Origin: a bacterium
GTDB taxonomy: Bacteria > SZUA-182 > DTGQ01
DNA length: 45,554 nucleotides
Reading direction: 5' to 3'
Assembly (NCBI GenBank): GCA_040752695.1
Contig: JBFMGO010000036.1
Span: 1-45,554 of the forward strand
This document shows positions 1 through 9,131 of this stretch, piece after piece. The notes under the pieces are model-generated. The model searched no databases. It was not told where the DNA came from and saw only the letters and a program-made list of their open reading frames with translations. The translations under genes and the position numbers were made by a program. The number at the start of each line of letters is the position of its first letter. The first letter of the stretch is position 1.

Positions 1-320
1 AGGATCTCTCGATGAATTTACCCGCATCGTTCAACTGATATTGCAATAGCAGGACCTATTCTTTTATGAGGGAGCGTATCGGGGTAATTGAGAAATACAA
101 AGGACATCATCGTTGATTTCCTGGAAATGGAGTCCAAATTTTCTCGGAGCCTGCAACGAGGGAGGAGTAGCCCCTCATGGCAAACATGCCTTTTTGTAAG
201 TGTCATTCTACCTATAGTGGTTTCCACTTGAGTAAACTACAATAGTTGCCTCTGAAGCGGCAATAACAGTATATGAGGTGCAGTGCATACGATTGCAAAC
301 CGCTATAAAGGAGTATAACC

Positions 321-896
321 ATGGATTACCTGATTTGGGAGGCAAATCCGGCTGGAGGGTATTGTACCCTGGAAGATTTAAGAAATGTGGATGATTCATA
401 CGAGCTCACAAGAGGCGTCTCCCGATCTGACGGCTTTCCAAAAGAGGCATGCTTTACGATGGATGCCTCTCATCCAAAGGAGATTAAACTCGCTGACACT
501 ATTTACACGTTAGATAATTTGTTAGTTATCTCGCGGCAACTCAAAGAGTTTATCGAGTCAAAAACCCCCTCCTTCATCGAGTTCTTACCGGTTACTCTTT
601 TCAATCACAAGGGAAGAGTTGCCAGTAAGGATTATTTTATCCTGAATCCGTTCCATCTCCAGGACTGTATAGATAAGGATAAATCAGAGCTGGTATGGAA
701 TGAGATCGATCCTGAGCTTATCTCAAATTGTTTCCAACTGATCGTTATTCCAGACAGAATCGATACTTCTTTTCTTCTGTTCAGGCCAAAGTATATGCCA
801 ACCGTCGTCATGGTCAGGAGAGACCTGGCTGAGGAGATTGCAGAGAAAGGATTTACCGGAATTGATTTTGTGGAGCTCGATGAGTTCGAGCTCTAG
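321..896 (+). CDS. Imm11/DUF1629-like immunity protein
   Basis: 191 aa with RBS AAGGAG; pattern LVISRQLKEFIE..IEFLPV..YFILN..DCID..S..LFR..VMVRRDL..GFTG typical of DUF1629/Imm11. Confidence 0.75.
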   Translation: MDYLIWEANPAGGYCTLEDLRNVDDSYELTRGVSRSDGFPKEACFTMDASHPKEIKLADTIYTLDNLLVISRQLKEFIESKTPSFIEFLPVTLFNHKGRVASKDYFILNPFHLQDCIDKDKSELVWNEIDPELISNCFQLIVIPDRIDTSFLLFRPKYMPTVVMVRRDLAEEIAEKGFTGIDFVELDEFEL

Positions 897-1031
897 CTTT
901 TCGTGCATCATAAGGGGCGGCTTTCATGAGAACAGAGGGATCAAGAGGGATCAGCTTTCACAAGATTATAAGGTCCAGCTTTTACTAGATCATAATGCCC
1001 AGCTTTCATTGAACGTAAGGACTAAGACCTG

Positions 1032-1835
1032 GTGAGTTTATCGGAAATAAGAGAAGATATCATTGATCAAATCAAGGAGAACCTGTCCGTAGTAGCAGGA
1101 GGATATCCGATGGGGAAAGTGGGAAACCTGTTTGAAGAAACAGCCTCCTGCTTTCAGGCGTTGGGGATATGCAATCTTTTACTGTCCCTGGACCTGGCAG
1201 GCTTTTCACGAAACCTGATTTTCAGCGGATATACACGACGTTATTTTCTGAATCAAAGCCGGTTGGAGGGGAACATTTCCGATGAGCATCTGGCCATCAG
1301 CCGGAATGAATCTTTTTTCGATGCAATTGCAGCAGGGGCAGTGGAACTGGCACGAGAGATTGCGGACCTGTCTTTTGACGAATGGATGAAAGATGGTGAG
1401 TATGAAGATGATTTCTGCTACTACCTTTTCTTTCATAATTATTTGAAAGGATCTGAAAACTTCGACCGGGCATTCCTGAAAAAAATCCTCGCCCGCTTTG
1501 AAAAATCGTTAGAGCGGAGCTCTTCAGGCAGGTTGAGCATCTGCTGTGCATTCTACACGCTTGATCAAAGGGGTTTTGAAGAGGGGTTTCAGGAATTGGT
1601 CAATGAGCGTCAAAACCAGATCGAAAGTTACCGCCTCAGCAATGACCTGACATTTGAGCCGAAGAGCCATGTCTTTGTCGAAGGGCTGGCTTTATTGAGA
1701 ATTGCCGAAAAGGCTGGTTTTCCCATCCAGAGAGAATATCAATATTGTCCGGCCATTGCCCGCGTCCCCGCGAGCGCGTCTCTTCCGGGTGATATTTATG
1801 GGGAAATCGAAAGAATAATTCATCGAAAAATATGA
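1032..1835 (+). CDS. Imm49-like immunity protein
   Basis: 267 aa helical protein; FFDAIAAG..LA.EI, EYEDDFCY and VFVEGLALLRIAE..G...EYQYCP motifs resemble myxobacterial Imm49. Confidence 0.7.
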   Translation: MSLSEIREDIIDQIKENLSVVAGGYPMGKVGNLFEETASCFQALGICNLLLSLDLAGFSRNLIFSGYTRRYFLNQSRLEGNISDEHLAISRNESFFDAIAAGAVELAREIADLSFDEWMKDGEYEDDFCYYLFFHNYLKGSENFDRAFLKKILARFEKSLERSSSGRLSICCAFYTLDQRGFEEGFQELVNERQNQIESYRLSNDLTFEPKSHVFVEGLALLRIAEKAGFPIQREYQYCPAIARVPASASLPGDIYGEIERIIHRKI

Positions 1836-1844
1836 TGGGAACTA

Positions 1845-1911
1845 TAGTTTTGCACTTTTTATCATTGTGAAACTATCAGCATTTCAAGCACTTAATAAAA
1901 AAGCAAAAGTA
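1845..1911. mobile_element. 67-bp MITE, IS630-like (TA duplication in CTAG target)
   Basis: TIRs TAGTTTTGC...GCAAAAGTA, flanked by TA at 1843-1844 and 1912-1913; inverted homologous copy at 26020-26160. Confidence 0.7.
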
Positions 1912-1948
1912 TAGATTGGGAAGTCGAACGGGAAATAGAACGGAACAT

Positions 1949-3562
1949 ATGGAAAAGGAAATGCCCGAAATTATCAGAGTACACTCTCAGGAAGAACTGC
2001 TCGCTCTATCGCAGCCACTCTTGTCAGAGGAGACTGGCAAAAAACCGGCGAAAAAGCCCAGACTTACCCCCAGCCCGTCTGATGGGGGTTTTACTATCGG
2101 CCTCTATCAGGAGCATCTTGAGGAGATAAGCTTTCTTTTCGCCCAGTGCCAGGCCCTTTTCTCCGATCCTGAAATACCGTGGCCTGAGGTGGCAGAGTTC
2201 GAGGAGCGTTTGGCGGCACACATCGATGCCATAGAACTGGGCGAAGATCTGGCGCGTCGATGCACCCTGGAATTGCTGGAGAGCCATCTGGAAGGTGATG
2301 ATGGAGATGAAGAGGAAATACGCGGTGCAGTCTACACCCTGGCTACAGCGGGTGGCCCGGAAGCTATCGACGAAGTGTTGAAAATCATGGAGGCCGCCGA
2401 TGAAAAATTTATCCCCTGTTTTGTAGACGCTCTCAAATACACACCCCGCCAGGGAACAGCCGAGCGGTTATTCCCTCTCCTCTCCCACGGACGGCCTGAG
2501 ATCAGGGCTGCGGCGGCCAGGATACTCGGCTATCGCCGTGAAGGTCAGGCAGGAGGATCAGTCCCTTTGCTCATCTCCTTGCTTCAGGATGACAACCCGC
2601 AGGTTATTTCTGCTGCTGCCTATGCTCTTGGACATCTCGCCGGACAATTGCAGTACAGAGCGGCCATTCCCGGCCTTGAGCGATCCTTAGCCCACCAGGA
2701 TCCGGCAGCGCAGCATTATGTGGCCCTTGCCCTGTTCCGCATGGGACATCATCCTGCTTTGGAGTACCTGACAACACTTTGCCAAACGGCAAATCTTTCT
2801 TTCCCCTGGCCTGTTCTTTCTTTGGCTCTTTGCGGACGGGCCGATGACCTTCACGTTTTTATCGGGCTTATCAGGCACCGTCAAAAAAACCGGCACATGA
2901 GATACGATCAGAATGACCGGCACGTGACTTCCAATATTCTCCTGGCTATGGGTATTCTGGGAAATGTGCAGGCAGTAGAAATTCTGATCGATGAACTCAA
3001 GGTCGTCTGGGGTGAAGGAGTTCAGGGAGAAGAAGGAGAAGGGGGAGCATATGATAAAAATCTCCAGAGCGAAGTTGGCACGTATGATGAATCATGGAAA
3101 GTATCCGCCGGGGAAGCATTGGAGCTTATAACCGGTGCTGGCTTAAGGGAAACGGTCACTTTGGTCGATCCCGTTGATCCTGACGAGCTGCTTGAAGGAG
3201 AAGAAGAGCCTTCTGTGCCGACCGTACAGAAACTAGAGCGTGTGTGCACCTCATATGAGGAGTGGGCCATTTGGTGGCAAAAAAACCGGTCCCGTTTCCA
3301 TCCGGCTATCCGCTGGCGCTACGGCAAGCCGTTCGATTTCGGCCTCTGCATCGATGAAATGGCTTCAGAAAAGGCCAGGTATGCTGATCGTCAAAGGGCT
3401 TATCTTGAAGTTACCATCCGGTCCGGCCATGATATACCCTTCGAACCTGACTGGTTTGTGGGCAGGCAAAAGGAAGCCCTGCATCGATGGCAGACCTGGT
3501 GGCAGGAGAAGAGCAGGAAATTTCCTCCTGGAAGATGGTACTTTCAAGGGAGAGAAACATGA
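1949..3562 (+). CDS. TIGR02270-like HEAT-repeat protein (T6SS/PAAR-locus associated)
   Basis: EHLEEISFLF..W.E..EFEERLAAHIDAI N-terminal motif, HEAT repeats, AGEALELITG and RWRYGKPF; start may be 1949 or 1961. Confidence 0.7.
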   Translation: MEKEMPEIIRVHSQEELLALSQPLLSEETGKKPAKKPRLTPSPSDGGFTIGLYQEHLEEISFLFAQCQALFSDPEIPWPEVAEFEERLAAHIDAIELGEDLARRCTLELLESHLEGDDGDEEEIRGAVYTLATAGGPEAIDEVLKIMEAADEKFIPCFVDALKYTPRQGTAERLFPLLSHGRPEIRAAAARILGYRREGQAGGSVPLLISLLQDDNPQVISAAAYALGHLAGQLQYRAAIPGLERSLAHQDPAAQHYVALALFRMGHHPALEYLTTLCQTANLSFPWPVLSLALCGRADDLHVFIGLIRHRQKNRHMRYDQNDRHVTSNILLAMGILGNVQAVEILIDELKVVWGEGVQGEEGEGGAYDKNLQSEVGTYDESWKVSAGEALELITGAGLRETVTLVDPVDPDELLEGEEEPSVPTVQKLERVCTSYEEWAIWWQKNRSRFHPAIRWRYGKPFDFGLCIDEMASEKARYADRQRAYLEVTIRSGHDIPFEPDWFVGRQKEALHRWQTWWQEKSRKFPPGRWYFQGRET

Positions 3563-3643
3563 ATAGATATGCTTGAATTGACAATCACTGCCACAAGGGA
3601 AACGGGAGAAATTCTCTTACGTAGTGCAGAAATCTATTCTTTA

Positions 3644-3742
3644 ATCCTGTAGCCTATCCTTAAGCGTATGGCTTATTCCTTAAAAATCCTGTAGCCTACT
3701 CCAAAATCCTGTAGCTTACTCCTTGAGCCTGTAGCCTACTCC
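3644..3742. repeat. Five imperfect ~20-bp tandem copies of CCTGTAGCCTACTCC overlapping the regulator 3' end
   Basis: Units visible directly; the last two lie in the GVGYRLKE* codons. Confidence 0.75.
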
Positions 3743-4402
3743 TCGCACGGTTTCGATATGCTCGCCAGCGCTGCCCAGTTTTTTGCGAAGCCCGGCAATT
3801 TGAACGTCGATGGACCGGTCTGTCACTACGTAATCATTTCCCTTCACTGCGTTAATGATTTGATTACGGCTGAATACCCATCCTGGTTTCCGGGTCAGGA
3901 AGCACAGGATACCAAACTCGGTGGCGGTAAGCTCAACTGCCTTGCCGTTTACCAGGACCTGGTGCCGGGCAGGATGAATAACCAGGTTGTGTACGGCAAT
4001 GATGGATGCATCTTCCTGCTCATCCTTCTTGCGTCTGCGAAGGGCCGCCCTGATGCGGGCAATCAGAACTCTTGGACTGAAAGGCTTGACCACATAATCA
4101 TCTGCACCAAGCTCAAGGCCGGTTACGATATCGGCATCCTCCCCCTTAGCTGTAAGCATGATGACCGGGATATGAGAGGTTTTGACGCTGTTTTTTAAAA
4201 TTCTGCATACTTCAAGGCCATCAACTCCCGGCAGCATAAGATCGAGCACGATAAGGTCTGGCATTTCTGTTTTGGTTTTGGCCAGGGCTTCTTCACCGGA
4301 GGTGGCTTCTTCCACAAAATATCCTTCCCTGACCAGGTTGTATCGTACTAACTCCAGAATATCTTCCTCATCATCAATGACCAGAATTTTGCTTTTGGCC
4401 AT
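3716..4402 (-). CDS. phoB: OmpR-family response regulator, PhoB/PhoP-like
   Basis: REC (ILVIDDE, DLMLPG, GADDYVVKPFSPR) + winged helix (DRSIDVQI..LRKKL, IETVRGVGY); RBS AGGAGG before ATG 4402. Confidence 0.8.
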   Translation of the reverse strand: MAKSKILVIDDEEDILELVRYNLVREGYFVEEATSGEEALAKTKTEMPDLIVLDLMLPGVDGLEVCRILKNSVKTSHIPVIMLTAKGEDADIVTGLELGADDYVVKPFSPRVLIARIRAALRRRKKDEQEDASIIAVHNLVIHPARHQVLVNGKAVELTATEFGILCFLTRKPGWVFSRNQIINAVKGNDYVVTDRSIDVQIAGLRKKLGSAGEHIETVRGVGYRLKE

Positions 4403-4418
4403 GATGCACTTCCTCCTT

Positions 4419-5189
4419 CTAGCGGCTTTGCGGCAGGGACGATGATGCGGAGCCCGCCTTGCCGGATGCCCCATGCAGCTTTTGTTGTTCAATTTTATCG
4501 TGGTATTCCTGCATAAGTTCATCGACTTCAACCCTTCTGATCTGCGTAAAGGGCTCCTTCTGCAAAAGAGTGTTGACCAGACCCTTTGTCTGATACTTAT
4601 TGATCAGTTCATCGGCAATTGCGCAAAGTCTGGCATTGTGGGCCTCACATTGGCCAAGCTTTTGACGCACTTTTTCGACCTCCGATTCCAGGGTCTTCTT
4701 CATGTTTTGTTTTTCTTCGGCGAGTTGCATTAAGTCCTGCTTTGCCTTCTCATGCATTGCAGTTAACCCGGCCAGTTCTTTTTTATTGTTTTTCCAGCTT
4801 TCTATCACTTCCTCCATCCTGCAGGCGAGTATCTGAAGCTCATGTTCAAGCTTATTTTTCTGCTCGAGCAAAGATTCATACTCCTGCATAATCAAGCTCT
4901 TTTCCTTTTGAAACGCTGCAACACGGGCTTCGGCAGTCTGTATTTGCGCGACCAGAGAAGATCTTTCCCTCAGTTGCTGTGCCTGAATAACCTGACTCTC
5001 CTCAGCCTTTTTCTTTTTTAAAAGATCCGTTTTTTTCTCGGCTGTTCTCAACTCCTTTTGCAGCATATCCCGCTGCCTGGTGAGTTGAACCGTGTTATAC
5101 CACCAAAAAACAGCCGTTATTCCGAGACTGAACACCAAGAGCAGGTAAGCTGACCTGGTTGTTACTCTTGTTACTCCGGCCTTATCCAT
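4419..5189 (-). CDS. Membrane-anchored coiled-coil protein of the DUF2341/ExbBD-TonB cluster
   Basis: N-terminal TM helix, long heptad region, C-terminal LLQKEPFTQIRRVEV..MQEY.DKI. Confidence 0.65.
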   Translation of the reverse strand: MDKAGVTRVTTRSAYLLLVFSLGITAVFWWYNTVQLTRQRDMLQKELRTAEKKTDLLKKKKAEESQVIQAQQLRERSSLVAQIQTAEARVAAFQKEKSLIMQEYESLLEQKNKLEHELQILACRMEEVIESWKNNKKELAGLTAMHEKAKQDLMQLAEEKQNMKKTLESEVEKVRQKLGQCEAHNARLCAIADELINKYQTKGLVNTLLQKEPFTQIRRVEVDELMQEYHDKIEQQKLHGASGKAGSASSSLPQSR

Positions 5190-5381
5190 ACTTTTTCTCT
5201 CCACTCTTTTCTCCGATCCGAGGGCTCAAATCCGTGAGATCGAGATCCGTAAGCGCAAAACTGATTGTTCTGCGGGCTGAAAGCTGGTGCTTACATCCAA
5301 AAAACATGAAAAAGCTTTTCAGCCGCTGGAAAAAGCTTTCTGGCCGCTGGAAAGGAGAGCTTTTAGCTTCTGACAAAAAGG

Positions 5382-5429
5382 AATACAGGAGTCAGGATAA
5401 AAGCGGGGCCTTCTCCTGACTCCTGTATT
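5382..5429. repeat. Perfect 16-bp inverted repeat (hairpin) inside the operon
   Basis: AATACAGGAGTCAGGA ... TCCTGACTCCTGTATT. Confidence 0.7.
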
Positions 5430-5493
5430 TCTGGCTCTTTCTTTTTCAAAAAAACATGCCAGACTGCTCCATTAAATCCCCGAGTTCCTCCTT

Positions 5494-6201
5494 TTACCCG
5501 GTAAGAGATATCCGCAAGTTTATTGACCGCGGCATACCCTCCGGCGGGGGTTCACTCATCGCATGCATTTTTTCCATAGCCAGCTTTACAGCCTTATCCA
5601 TGTAATCATTTCCGGAAAAATCATAGATTCGATAATTAATAACTTTCCCCTCAACATCGAGGACAATTTTAAGCAGCACCTGGAGCTTGCCTTTAGGAAT
5701 TTCTCCACCCTGAATCATTATCCTTTTCTTGATTTCCCCCTCAATCATTCGGGTATACCAGGCGAATTTCTTCATCGGAGGGCATCCATGGGAATCTCCT
5801 CCGATCAAAATGGATCTTCCCCCTTTTTTACTCAGAAGGCCGAATGCGTCCGATCCTGCTGTGCCGTCGGCATCCAGTCCAAGGTTGTCGTCGGTGGCTG
5901 CATTTTCCTGGGAGTCATCGGTATTGGCCTGATCAAGGGGCGGTGCTTCCTCAGGCTCCGGTTCCGGCTCTATAATCTCCTGTTTTTGGACTTCTTGCTT
6001 TGGTTCCGGTGTTTTCTCAGGTATTTTGGGAGGGGGCTGGGTTATCAATCTCACTTCCTGAATCTGACGTACTCGCTGTGGCCCATGATCGGCCATCAGC
6101 ACCCTTATGGTTACAATAACCAAACCAGCGAGGGCGAGAAGAATGAAACCGCACACTACTCCAACAACTGATTGCAAGGGGTTTCTCTTGCATTGGGGCA
6201 T
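5494..6201 (-). CDS. TonB/TolA-family energy transducer
   Basis: N-terminal TM, Pro/Glu-rich linker (QPPPKIPEKTPEPK, EPEPEPEEAPP), TonB_C-like C-terminus (SGN..MD.AV..A, PPPEGMP). Confidence 0.8.
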   Translation of the reverse strand: MPQCKRNPLQSVVGVVCGFILLALAGLVIVTIRVLMADHGPQRVRQIQEVRLITQPPPKIPEKTPEPKQEVQKQEIIEPEPEPEEAPPLDQANTDDSQENAATDDNLGLDADGTAGSDAFGLLSKKGGRSILIGGDSHGCPPMKKFAWYTRMIEGEIKKRIMIQGGEIPKGKLQVLLKIVLDVEGKVINYRIYDFSGNDYMDKAVKLAMEKMHAMSEPPPEGMPRSINLRISLTG

Positions 6202-6250
6202 ACATTATCCTCCGGGAAAATTTATGTGGTTAAAAGGTATCCTGCCGGTG

Positions 6251-6658
6251 TTACTTGACAACTTTTTGAGTAACAAGCCCTAACTGATTGATCTCGAGCT
6301 TGGCTAAAATGTTCAGTACCTCGATGATCGATTTATAGGCGATTTTCTCATCCCCCTTGATAATGATTGGCAGATCAGGATCTGCGGCTTTATATTGACG
6401 CAATCTGGTCTCCAGCTCTTCCATTGTCACCCGGAATGTGTCAAGGTAAATAGAACCCTCAGCGGTGATGCTTATCGCCTTGGTTTTCGGTTTCGCCATA
6501 CTTGGCGAATTACTGGCAGTGGGCAGATTTACCTTGATGCCCTGGACCGTGGCCGTAATGGCAACAATAAAGACCACCAGAAGGTTCCAGGCCAGATCCA
6601 TAAGCGGTGTAATATTGATTTCGGTATAAGCGGCGCTTTGATAAATGTTTCTTTTCAT
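6251..6658 (-). CDS. exbD: ExbD/TolR biopolymer transport protein
   Basis: EINITPLMDLAWNLLVVFIV, VNLP, IIKGDEKIAY..I.EVL..L. Confidence 0.9.
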   Translation of the reverse strand: MKRNIYQSAAYTEINITPLMDLAWNLLVVFIVAITATVQGIKVNLPTASNSPSMAKPKTKAISITAEGSIYLDTFRVTMEELETRLRQYKAADPDLPIIIKGDEKIAYKSIIEVLNILAKLEINQLGLVTQKVVK

Positions 6659-6689
6659 GCTCTTTCTCCATTCATGCTCTCTTTGCCGT

Positions 6690-8525
6690 TCATGCTCTTT
6701 CGCCGTATTTTTCTTCCACTTTACAGATAAATTCATCAACGAATAAATACATGTCAGCCGTCAGGTTTCTGATCTTGCCAACCAGATAATTGTAGCCGAA
6801 CAACGCCGGTATAGCGACAATGAGGCCGATAACAGTAGTGGACAAAGCTGAAGCAATACCCGGAGCAATAACCACGATGTCTGCCTCACCAGCCATGGCC
6901 ATGCCTGCAAAGGTGTTCATAATACCCCAGACCGTACCCAAAAGCCCCAGAAAGGGGCCTCCGCTGATGGCCAGGGTCAGAATGAGCAGCCATTTGTTGA
7001 GCCTTTGCTCCTCTTTGGTTGTGCCTTTTTCCAGCGATGCCTTGAATGAAGTGATTTCTTTTGATTTAAGGATTCCCTCCTGAGACTTTGAACCACCGGC
7101 GCTCCCGATACGGCCTTTCAATTCCTGTTTCCCTTCGCAATAGATCTGATGAAGGGGGGAATCCTGAAAGTTTTTGTCTGTATTTTCAAAAGCAAGCATG
7201 TCGGACGATTCCCGGAATACTTCAAGAAACTCCTTGTTTCCCTTGTCCGCCAAAAAGAGCGTAAGGGTTTTGGCCAGCAGTACGATCCAGCTCAAGGCCA
7301 GCATGATAACGAGAATAATATTGATAACCCAGCCATCCAGGGTGGTATATCTGATAACCGTTCTGGTGTATGCCCAATAATTGGAAAGAGCCCTCTTCAG
7401 CCCGCTCTCTTCGACATTTCGCTCCTCCCCGGCATAGGCAACGAGGCTGCTCTCCGGTCCCTGTCCTGTAGCAGCCAGCCTGATCCATGCACCCGGTCTG
7501 GCCAGATTCGAGATTTGAATCTCGTCCAACTCGCCTAAGAGAAAATGCCCTCCTGCGGTTGAAGCTCCCAGGGCACAGGTGCCGGTCAAGTCGGGTAAAG
7601 CCGCAGGCAAATCCCTGGTGCAGACTGAAGTTCCATCGAGATATATGTCCAGCTTCCCGCTTTGATCAACCGAAACGGCAACATGGTACCATCTTCCAGC
7701 AGAAAGATCCGTATCCGCTTCAGCCACCGCAGCCTGATCCTTGTCTTTTGCAATCCGGCAATAGACTTTCTCCTGATTGATGCCAATCACCAAAGATCCG
7801 CTCTGCTCTTCTCTGGCGAAAAGGTAAGCGTCTTTTTGAGGGCCGGCGATCCTGAGCCAGGTACTGAAGGTGAACCCGCCGGAAGTGCCGGGAAAGTTCA
7901 AGGGTGGTGAGGCAGGGATGATCATCCTGTCTGAAATTCCGTTCAGGGAGAGGCCGCTGCCGATTATTGCAGGGACCGGCATGCCCAAAGACCCGCCGCC
8001 AGAGTCTGATATGTTGTTATCATAAGCTGTCTGGTCCTTGAAAAGACCTTCAGACTCCTCCAGGTGATAGACAGCAGCCTGATTCAGATCATAGGTTCCT
8101 TTGGCATCCTGGCCGTCCTCAGCCGCCTCGTTTCCATAGTACATCCAGATGAAATTGCTGCCGGATGCATCCGCGAGGCTGGTCACCTTTACCCAGATCA
8201 GGGCCATCTCATAGAGTGTGTCATACTTTTCAAAGTGATACTTAAGGAGCGTCTTATCATCGCTGCTCACAAAACGAAGGTCTCTTCCTTTCTCTTTCAC
8301 TCTGGTAAAGTCCAGGTTACCCGAATGCAATCTTAAAAGAACCGTTGGCTGGCCTAAATTTTCTTTCAGGTCGATTCCAGACGAAGAAGTGTCGAGAATA
8401 ATCTTCTTGCGATACATCCACTGATCGTTCCACCAGGCTTGTGCCGGTGATGCAAGGGCAATCAGGATGAACAGCACCATAAAGGCGGACAGCCAGGGGA
8501 ATGGATAGGTAAGTTTTTTGGTCAT
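6690..8525 (-). CDS. DUF2341 + LamG + MotA/TolQ/ExbB fusion protein
   Basis: Signal peptide (AQA-WWNDQW.YRKKI), DLRFV..D, LamG (WYHVAV, LDEIQIS), ExbB motif GPFLGLLGTVWGIM..APGIASALSTT..GL.VAIPAL; RBS GGAGG. Confidence 0.9.
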   Translation of the reverse strand: MTKKLTYPFPWLSAFMVLFILIALASPAQAWWNDQWMYRKKIILDTSSSGIDLKENLGQPTVLLRLHSGNLDFTRVKEKGRDLRFVSSDDKTLLKYHFEKYDTLYEMALIWVKVTSLADASGSNFIWMYYGNEAAEDGQDAKGTYDLNQAAVYHLEESEGLFKDQTAYDNNISDSGGGSLGMPVPAIIGSGLSLNGISDRMIIPASPPLNFPGTSGGFTFSTWLRIAGPQKDAYLFAREEQSGSLVIGINQEKVYCRIAKDKDQAAVAEADTDLSAGRWYHVAVSVDQSGKLDIYLDGTSVCTRDLPAALPDLTGTCALGASTAGGHFLLGELDEIQISNLARPGAWIRLAATGQGPESSLVAYAGEERNVEESGLKRALSNYWAYTRTVIRYTTLDGWVINIILVIMLALSWIVLLAKTLTLFLADKGNKEFLEVFRESSDMLAFENTDKNFQDSPLHQIYCEGKQELKGRIGSAGGSKSQEGILKSKEITSFKASLEKGTTKEEQRLNKWLLILTLAISGGPFLGLLGTVWGIMNTFAGMAMAGEADIVVIAPGIASALSTTVIGLIVAIPALFGYNYLVGKIRNLTADMYLFVDEFICKVEEKYGERA

Positions 8526-9005
8526 GTAACCTCCAGAGGTTAACTCTTTCCTTATGTTTTTATTCATATTTTTATTCATATTTTTATCCATGCTTTTATT
8601 CATGCTCTTATTCACGTCCATAGTTTATATTCTTTGCTCTTTATGTTTTCTTTTCCGATTCGACCTCTTCCATTGACAACGGTACATTATTTGCAAGAGG
8701 TGTGATGGTCTGCCTGTTTCCAGGGAATTCACAAGGTACGGCAGGGGTGATTGGACACGCAGTCTGAACGAGAGCGGGAAAGGTGATCCGCCACGAGAAG
8801 ATAATCAGTACAAGGCGGCTGAGCATCTTTCTCAGGCTTCCTCTCCTCATGGAAATCCTTGTGTTCTTACTCCGCCATCTTCTCCACTCATGACTTTTAT
8901 AATTCTTGCACTGGTAATGCATAGATTAAATTTTTATGAATAGTATGTTAATTTTTCAGTTTTAAATCTCTTTCATTAAAAGAGTTCAAAAAACTGATCA
9001 AGCCT

Positions 9006-9060
9006 ATCTTAATGAGTAATTGTTAAACGATTCTTAAATGAATATTAAATATTCGTTAAG
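9006..9060 (-). promoter_or_regulatory. Putative Pho-box array plus -10 element
   Basis: Minus strand cTTAAC-tTTAAT-tTTAAG-tTTAAC at exact 11-bp period (units begin 9022, 9033, 9044, 9055 on +), then TAAGAT 10 bp downstream. Confidence 0.6.
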
Positions 9061-9131
9061 AAATTATTATAATGAATTGAGAAACTGGTTTGATTAATAT
9101 CGAAGGGAAGATGATCTCCCGGCTTTATTGA

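Noticed and set aside
1..320. Possible 3' end of an upstream gene (GSLDEFTRIVQLILQ*) and short ORFs
   Set aside because: Too short to identify.
3644..3742. Short repeats as a possible CRISPR array
   Set aside because: No unique spacers, ~20-bp period, derived from the adjacent coding end, no cas genes.
8641..8922. 93-aa ORF between the Pho-box-like array and the exbB fusion
   Set aside because: No recognisable family; could be a leader or remnant but unsupported as a gene.
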